DNA of 64,000 nucleotides from Octopus sinensis. Lineage: Eukaryota. The DNA lies in assembly GCF_006345805.1 (NCBI RefSeq), contig NC_043008.1, forward strand, positions 16,430,001-16,494,000, in the 5' to 3' direction. Below the pieces are notes generated by a model. That model searched no databases and was not told the origin of the DNA. It saw only the letters and a program-made list of their open reading frames with translations. Each line of letters opens with the position of its first letter. Positions within the stretch are counted from its first letter, which is position 1. Made by a program: the position numbers and the translations under genes. Positions 53,776-64,000 of this stretch are shown one piece after another.

Positions 53776-54081
53776 CACAATGATATAGTGTCGAAACAAT
53801 TGTAGTGATTAATTAAAAAATTCTCGTACTTTCTATCTCTTATGTACCATATATATATATATATCTGTGTGCGTGTGTGTATGCATGTATACATGTATAT
53901 TTATGTATATATATGCTACATATTCCTTCATTTTGCATCTGCAGAATCAACTCCGACGAATTTGGTCGGAACACACTTTGGAAGATACCTCTCCAAGTTA
54001 CCACGAAGTAACGGGTAAACACGGAATTATGTGGCTTAGAACCAAGCTTCTTACCACACTGTCACACATGTGCCTATATAA

Positions 54082-54154
<73 letters not shown>

Positions 54155-54414
54155 AATATATATATGTGTGTGTATATGTATATATATTATATATGTATAT
54201 ATGTATATATGGATCTGTGGCTATGTGTCTACATGTGTTGCATGCCACCAATGGAACCGACGTGAAGAACCATTTTCATGTTTCAATAAAATTTATTTGT
54301 TTGCCTATAAACTCTTGTAAGTAATCGTAGTTATTTTTTCTGAAATTTTCAAATTGTAAAAGTAATATATGCATACACATATACATACATACATATACAT
54401 ATACATATATATAT

Positions 54415-54465
<51 letters not shown>

Positions 54466-54469
54466 CATA

Positions 54470-56510
<2,041 letters not shown>

Positions 56511-56528
56511 GAGTATATATATACATGA

Positions 56529-56600
<72 letters not shown>

Positions 56601-56772
56601 GTTTGTCTATCGGTCTATAGATTTAGCTATCTTTCTACTTAACCTTTTATCTAATACTTTTTGTAGTTGAACTTAACTGTCCCTCTCTTTTATCATTTTC
56701 TCTCTGTATATATATACGTATATATATATATGTCTTTATGTCTTTCTTTCTTTCTCTCCGTTTCCCTCTCTT

Positions 56773-56803
<31 letters not shown>

Positions 56804-57364
56804 AACACCATATATATATATATATATATTGTTGTAGGGAATTAGTAATAACGGTTCACCCCTCCCACGTGACGAGTTGAATAACGTAGTAATAAAATAA
56901 AATAAGTAAAGAGAAGTACGTGAAATGCGAGAGTACATAATTGGTGGTCAAAGAGAGTCGTTGCTTTATTGGATTTACTAAGTACACTGTATACAGATGT
57001 GGGCATTATAACAGTGCAGCAGTATAAGGATTATAATAACTAATGAGAAATTAATAAACTCTAAGAGGAATTAAAAATTACGAGAAGTTCACCAGCTCGA
57101 AGTTTTGTTGTACGAATTTTACAAAATTAAAAATCGTAAAAGGTATGGAAAATGTATTGGGCGGTTTGCTCGAGATGCAAAAACATCAGCAACAATATGG
57201 ATGAACCGATGAACCAGAGAGAGAAAAAGAAAACATACAGAGTTCTTGAAAATAGATACAAAGCGCAGTAAATATCAAATTGTGCGACAAAAAACAACTA
57301 AAAAAAGGGAGATGGGTGAATAAACAGAAATATTGCTAAATAAAATGACATTTCCTAACAAAAA

Positions 57365-57440
57365 CTTAAAAAGGGAGATGTTGTAGGTATTAGTACAAAT
57401 GGTACACCTCCTCCCACGTGACCAATGGAATAACCTAGAC
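57365..57440 (+). pseudogene. Possible BEL/Pao integrase C-terminal remnant (second copy at 56831-56889)
   Basis: LKKGDVVGISTNGTPPPT*PME recalls the L..GD.V......P...WP.G motif. The segment is very short and decayed. Confidence 0.3.
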
Positions 57441-57699
57441 ATTATAAGAAAAGAGATCGACCGCTTCTTTATCTCTTTCAAGAACATCATTTGATTATCA
57501 AAATAATGTAAACAGGCGTCCAGTAGCAAGATACATCAACATTCGTCGCGAATGATAATTATGCACTCACACTCGTCCAATTGGTAAAATACACTAGTTC
57601 TACGAACATTGAAAACCTCTATTTGGACACGAAGAATAACAAAAAATCTCAGAAAGTGTCACCACTTTTCATCTAACGTCTTGAGTTCTATGAATCCTA

Positions 57700-58080
57700 A
57701 GCTGATGGGAAATATGAAGATAAAAATCTACAATCTAGTGTAATAAGTATGTTGATCTACAGCGGTGAGATAATACCACTTATTCTGGAGAGTAGTAAAT
57801 GCTAAAATCTTCTACCTGAGAACCATCTGCATTATTCTGAATCTAATCTACAGAAATAAAGTGACTAACTCAGTGGGGGAATCGGAGGCTTGATTTCACA
57901 GTGTATACGCACATTTTAGGCAATAAAAATTATGTTTGTATTGGATGATGCTGGATAATGATTACGGCGTAGAAAACGTCGGCATCCCGAAATGTGCTTT
58001 CTATAGACACTCGACAACTTGGAGGAGAACCATTGTCATTACAGGATGCATTTCTAGGGCGTCTGCAGTAATTTCAAGTC
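57700..58080 (+). pseudogene. Degraded RTE-clade LINE ORF2 3' remnant
   Basis: Across frameshifts: MKIKIY/SVISMLIYSGE...FYLRTICIILNLIYRNKVTNSV...ENVGIPKCAFY. This follows the RTE C-terminal pattern (KIY..V.S.LLYG.E...F..RCLR.IL.I.W.DKVTN...RIPK..LY). Confidence 0.55.
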
Positions 58081-59990
58081 TTTTGTTTATAATATAAAAA
58101 CCTTGGAAATTTTGTGAATTACAGAGTAATATAGAGGTGCATCATGATCTACTACCTGAAGGTGAGACAAGACAGGAATCGCACATATTTGGTGTCACAG
58201 AATGACATAAGATCTTTCGCCTGAAATTTTAAAAGTATAAGTATTACGTCTGACAAACTTCACTTTGTCCTACTGTCCTACTTCCTCAATCAGCAGCACA
58301 TCTTGAAAGCCTCTCACATCTAATACTTAGGATACATCAATTGAAACAACTGCATCCTAAAGAAGAAGGTTTTCAATTCAGTATCTCGAGGAAATATTTT
58401 CAGTCACCTGATGAAAACGAGAATGGTCTGAGATCGAACTATCACCAGCGGCATTAATCCACACTTTCAGGGATGATGTGTAACGGTTAAGCTTTCGTTG
58501 AGTAAAAATTACTTTCAATTCATTTCATTTTATCTTCCAATAACTACTCTTCTATATTACACTGCTTCCAGATATATTTATTGAATTTAAATTATAGTGC
58601 AGATTGTTAAAAGGAAATAAGAGCATATTGAGTTAGGCATATTGTTAGATGTAGACCAGATAAAGCGCTCTTCATGAATCGTGTACATAATGTATTTTAA
58701 ATTTCGATGGAATCCATTGTAAATATCCTTCAAATGTAGGGAGACTTAAAATGTTCATTTTAACTTTCAGCTAAATTTAGACATCCATTGTGTTCAAAAG
58801 CTAAATGAACTGTGATTTGTAGCCGTATTTCACGTCGTTTCGGTGCTGATTTAGAGTAATTCTTCATTACAAAGCGCTTCTTCACACTTTTCTGTTATAA
58901 ATAGCCCACCGAGGCTATTTTAAATATTGAAGGGACGTCATTAAAATGGAGTATTATGTCTTGCTGTTAGTAATATCACGTAAATTGAGTCTTTAATAAA
59001 TTAAAATTCAAATAAATCAACTCATACATGATACAACAATTAAAATTGCTTCTTCTCGTTTCATTGCTTAGAAAAAAAAAACAGAATCGTCCATGGCCCT
59101 TTATCGTTCATGGTTTCCTAGACTTGTAAGAAAAGAAGAATAAAACTAATATCAAATAAGTGACGCAAACCGAAGTCTTTCCAGTACAGCATATACCTAC
59201 AAATGTACGCAAAGAACAGAGTTGATGTTTAACTATGCGACGATTTATAGTCTCTCATCCAAGAACTCAAAATTAAAAGAGACGCAATTAATATCACGAA
59301 GTATTGTGTCTTATATTCTAGCAAATCTTCCAACCCTACACTTTGCAATTGTACCCTATTTTGCGAACTTGAAAGGATGAAATTTGATCTGAATAGTATT
59401 TGAAATAAGAGAATAAGGACTGAAAAAATACTGAAATGCAGTTTATCCTAAATGTAAACAACTCAGCCAATTCGCCGTATATGCGACGAAATGACAGACA
59501 TGCCTAAGCGTAAAGGTTGTTTATGATAGGGAATTTACGTTGAGGATGTACAATGCGTTACCTCTCGGTGACATTCGGGAAATATAAAGTAATATCTAAA
59601 GTGAAGATTAGAAAAATGGTTCATGAATTACACTTGTTTTAAATTTTACTTGTCTATTATACGTTTGCTACTTTCATAGAATCAAAGCAAACAGCTAAAG
59701 CGATAGTAACATTTTCAATACATATTAATATATGGAGTTTGTCATTTCGATATCATAGTGGTTAAATATTACATAAAATGCATGTTTAATGGTAGATCTG
59801 AGCGAGATAGGAAATTGAATCTCGTTCAATAAACAAAACACACACAAACAAAATAATTTAGATACTGTATAGATTCTCCAGTTTGTGTAGTACTCAAACC
59901 TAAATAAAAATGAGAAAAACATGCATTTAACTATACTAATAATGATAACGATAAAAATTAGTAACAAAAGAACAACATTTACAATAATAT

Positions 59991-60404
59991 ATTTCTTTAC
60001 TACCTACAAGGGGCAAAACATAGGGGGGACAAACAAGGACAGACAAAGGAATTAAGTCGATTACATCGACTCCAGCGCGAAACTGGTACTTTATTTATCG
60101 CCCCCGAAAGGATGAAAGGCAAAGTAAACCTCGGCGGAATTTGAACTCAGAATGTAACGACAGACGAAATACCTATTTCTTTACTACCCACAAGGGGGTA
60201 AACACAGAGGAGACAAACATGGACAGACAAAATGATTATGTCGATTACATCGACGGCAGTGCGAAACTGGTACTTTATTTATCGACCCCGGAAGGATGAA
60301 AGGCAAAGTAAACCTCGGCGGAATTTGAACTCAGAACGTAGGGGCAGACGAAATACCGCTAAGCATTTCGCCCGGCAGGCTAATATTTTTGCCAGCTCGC
60401 CGCC
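59991..60404 (-). mobile_element. SINE family B dimer, same architecture as 31359
   Basis: Identical 39-nt junction; imperfect 16-bp TSD at 59975-59990 and 60405-60420. Confidence 0.88.
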
Positions 60405-61060
60405 ACATTCACAGTAATATGTCCACCGAATACTTCTACACAATCCTTCATATATTTCCAATAAAATTCACACTTTCTCAAATCCATTTATTTAACGTCT
60501 GTGGATTGCTCGTAGCAATATAACTAATGCAATGGATGTATGAAAAGGGAATAATTTAAATAATATTGAAGGTGTGTAATTTCAAATCCTAAAATTTTCT
60601 CATTAAGGATAATGCACGCGTAGGCGTTATTAAATTAAAAGGGAAAAATCATTAGTAATTTCTTAATTAGGTTTCGTATATGAAGCATTAATCTCCTGGC
60701 AAGTCAAACCCTCTCTTTGCGCTTGAGTCTCTGATGAAAACTGCTAAACATCACATATGCCGCTAATGCCCTTAAAATACAGAGATTTTGTAGCGACCCA
60801 GAATAAAATATTAATTTTAATTAATAAAATGGGCAGTAGAAAGGGGAAAAAAAAAAGACTTTTCTAAAATCACAGCCTGCTGCTACTGTGACTTTTGAGT
60901 CCTCAATCTTTGTAGATCAAACAGAGGTATGACGAAAATCACCCAAATCGTGTCCATCCTGTCATCCTTTCATGAACAATGTAAAATGGACATTTTTCCA
61001 ATGTATTTTATCATTTTTTTTTTTCTAATAAGATAAGTATTACTGTTATCTTTTATCTTA

Positions 61061-61493
61061 TACTTGTTTCACCCATTAGATTGCGACCATGCTGGGAACC
61101 ACCATGAACAATCTGTATTAGTCGAAAGGATCAACTAAAGTACTTTTTTTTTTTTTTTGTTAAGCCTTGTATTTATACTATCGGTCTCTTTCGCAAAACC
61201 GCTAAGCGATGGTGACGTAAACACACCAATATCGCTTGTTAAGCAGTGGTGGTAGACAAAGCGACAATGACAAACACACAACACACACACATACACACAC
61301 CACCACACACACACACCATATATATATATATACATATATTCGACGGGCTTCTTTCAGTTTCTGTTTACCAAATCTTCATCGATCTCTTTCCCAGAACCTC
61401 TATGCGACAGTGACGTAAACACACCAATATCGGTTGTTAAGCGGTGGTGGTAGACAAAGCCACAATGACACACACACACACACACATATATAT

Positions 61494-61548
<55 letters not shown>

Positions 61549-61680
61549 TACATATATACGACGGGTGTCTTTCAGTTTCCGTTTACCTAACCCTCACACA
61601 AAACTTTCGGTGGCCCTAGCTATAGCAGAAGACACTGGCCCAAACCGTCACGACATGTAGTTGCGATGCAGGCTTCTTAC
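61061..61680 (-). mobile_element. SINE family A with an internal tandem duplication of about 200 bp
   Basis: The block tgacgtaaacacaccaatatcg..tgttaagc.gtggtggtagacaaagc...cgacggg..tctttcagttt occurs twice (about 61190-61370 and 61385-61590). Confidence 0.8.
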
Positions 61681-62300
61681 CATACAGCCACGCTTGCGCC
61701 TTATACAGCCACGACTCAGCTTAAATAATTTAGTCATATAACTATTTACTTTTCATGATAATAAACGTTCTAAGCACCGAATTGTTTACTCGCCCTTACA
61801 ATTTTCATCTTCAGATCAAATAGTCTAAAGCCTTGCGTTCAAAATCAAATTGATTTAACAGCAATAATATATAGCATAGCGTATATAAAACATATGATAA
61901 TCTAAATATAGACAAACTTATCAAACTTTCTTCTCCTGATTGTATTGAGATTTTGTCGTTTCAAGATTATTATCTCACATGTGTATGGTAAGTTAATTAA
62001 CAATTTAATCAAATCGTCAGTGAAAGTAGTTTTCTGTCTCCCCGTAGAGAAAGGAAAATTTAAACGTGTGGACCGTTGCCAGTTGCCATCTGAAATCTCC
62101 ATCACCAATGCCACTCAGGACTGTATATATGATGTGGAAAGAGGCAAAACAAATATTATTACACTCGTGTTTCTTTTCGTATTATCATTATTGTTATTAT
62201 AATTATAATTACAATTACAATTATTATTATTTTTATTATTATTATTGCTAATATTATGATTGTTATTTCTATGTATATAATTATATATGTATATACATAT

Positions 62301-62635
62301 GGTGGAAGCACTCCGTCGGTTACGACGACGAGGGTTCCGGTTGATCCGAATCAACGGAACAGCCTGCTCGTGAAATTAACGTGTAAGTGGCTGAGCACTC
62401 CACAGACACGTGTACCATTAACGTAGTTCTCGGGGATATTCAGCGTGACACAGAGAGTGACAAGGCCGGCCCTTTGAAATACAGGTACAATATATACAGG
62501 AAGTAAGAGTGAGAGAAAGTTGTGGTGAAAGATTACAGCAGGGATCACCACCATCCCCTGCAGGAGCCTCGTGGAGCTTTAGGTGTTTTCGCTTAATATC
62601 GGTTGTTAAGCGGTGGTGGTAGACAAAGCCACAAT

Positions 62636-62674
<39 letters not shown>

Positions 62675-62725
62675 TCCTATGACCGCGAGTCCGCTGCCCT
62701 AACCACTGGGCCATTGCGCCTCCAC
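62301..62725 (-). mobile_element. SINE family C with a 12-bp TSD; B-box region replaced by a foreign patch
   Basis: TSD gtatatacatat at 62289-62300 and 62726-62737. Colinear with 43830 except for 62595-62672. Confidence 0.88.
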
Positions 62726-62974
62726 GTATATACATATACCTATATACTCTATGTGTGAACAGTATATACCTAATGCACACACGCATATGTAATGTAAGTG
62801 TAGCTATCTGAATAAATGTATTTTTCTGTTCTGTTTTATGTGGGTGTATTTGTTCATGTATATAGACGGAAATACATGTGAGAGAGTATAAGTTCATACA
62901 AAGCATATATTCTAGAATAGGCAGTTATAAATAATTCGTTTGCTCCGCAATTTTACCCAAGTCAGGATATTCTT

Positions 62975-62992
62975 ATGAATATATATATATAT

Positions 62993-63041
<49 letters not shown>

Positions 63042-63148
63042 CAGATGCCTTACACACACAAACATACACACACACAGAGTTGTGTGTATATGTGCGTATG
63101 TCAGTGTATGCGTTTGCAGGCATATATATCTATATCTATATCTATCTC

Positions 63149-63214
<66 letters not shown>

Positions 63215-63310
63215 ATATGTACATATATATATACACATACACATATATATATATATATATATATTTATATGCATATACATATATATACGTACATATAAAT
63301 ATATATGTAT

Positions 63311-63362
<52 letters not shown>

Positions 63363-63397
63363 AACACATGTGTATGTATATATATATACATACACAT

Positions 63398-63428
<31 letters not shown>

Positions 63429-63450
63429 AATATGTATATACATAAACACA
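62975..63450. repeat. Long compound (TA)n/(CA)n/(CT)n tract (similar tracts at 505-660, 21650-21890, 26345-27060, 33200-33390, 39980-40600, 50190-50390 and 54090-54630)
   Basis: Direct reading. Confidence 0.95.
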
Positions 63451-64000
63451 CACATGCATATATCTATAGGCACATACAAATTGTACCCCAGTGACACCAG
63501 ATACACAGAGGAATAGATACGCGCATATATACTTATCTTGTGCGTGCGTGTTTGTGGGTGTGCGTGTGTGTGTGTGTGTCTCTGTGTGTGGGTGTGCGTG
63601 TGTGTGTGTGTTCATGCGTAGCTGTTGAAGAGTATATGAAATGTGCCACACTACCGCATTTTTGCATAATAGGTAAAATGCACCGCTTCACAGCTAAACT
63701 ATATAATAAACCAAACATACTTATATATAAAGTATTAAATTAGCCAGAAGGTTTTTGTTGAATAATATCCAACAATCATGAGGAAACATCTTCGATTTCC
63801 CAACAATGTATAATATAATATAATATTAAACAACAAACGAAGTGAAACAAGAAGAGGAAGGAAAAAGAAACAACATCAGGTTTAACCCTGACGTGATAAT
63901 ATCAAAGAAATACGTAGAGAAGTAGATTTGGCCAAAAGTAAATTAGAGAAAATGTAACTAAGTGCGTTTTAGCTCTGATGTGTAGAAATAATAATGGCAC

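Overview
AT-rich, microsatellite-dense eukaryotic DNA. The SINE families and repeat content point to an octopod cephalopod (inferred from recall of octopus repeats, not from a search). Only one protein-coding segment is well supported: a 205-nt minus-strand exon at 22882-23086 encoding the second half of a V-type Ig domain of a lachesin/IgLON/DIP-like adhesion protein. The rest of the window is probably very large introns of that gene or flanking DNA. It contains three tRNA-derived SINE families, mariner/Tc1 fossils, RTE LINE remnants, a non-autonomous Helitron, MITE-like repeats, local duplications and many microsatellites. Almost all ORFs in the supplied track are microsatellite artefacts. 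The observations most worth a second look are: (1) hammerhead-ribozyme-shaped motifs in a family of short non-coding insertions (19713-19747, with a decayed homologue at 1445-1480); (2) a composite mariner built from two 5' halves joined tail-to-tail at a microhomology; (3) a dimeric SINE that appears to have retrotransposed as a unit twice; (4) a templated patch copied from about 1.2 kb away into a SINE; (5) several long inverted repeats and foldbacks that would form dsRNA in the pre-mRNA; and (6) a 1.09-kb tandem duplication whose differences look like long-read errors. No prokaryotic features, CRISPR arrays or true tRNA/rRNA genes were seen.
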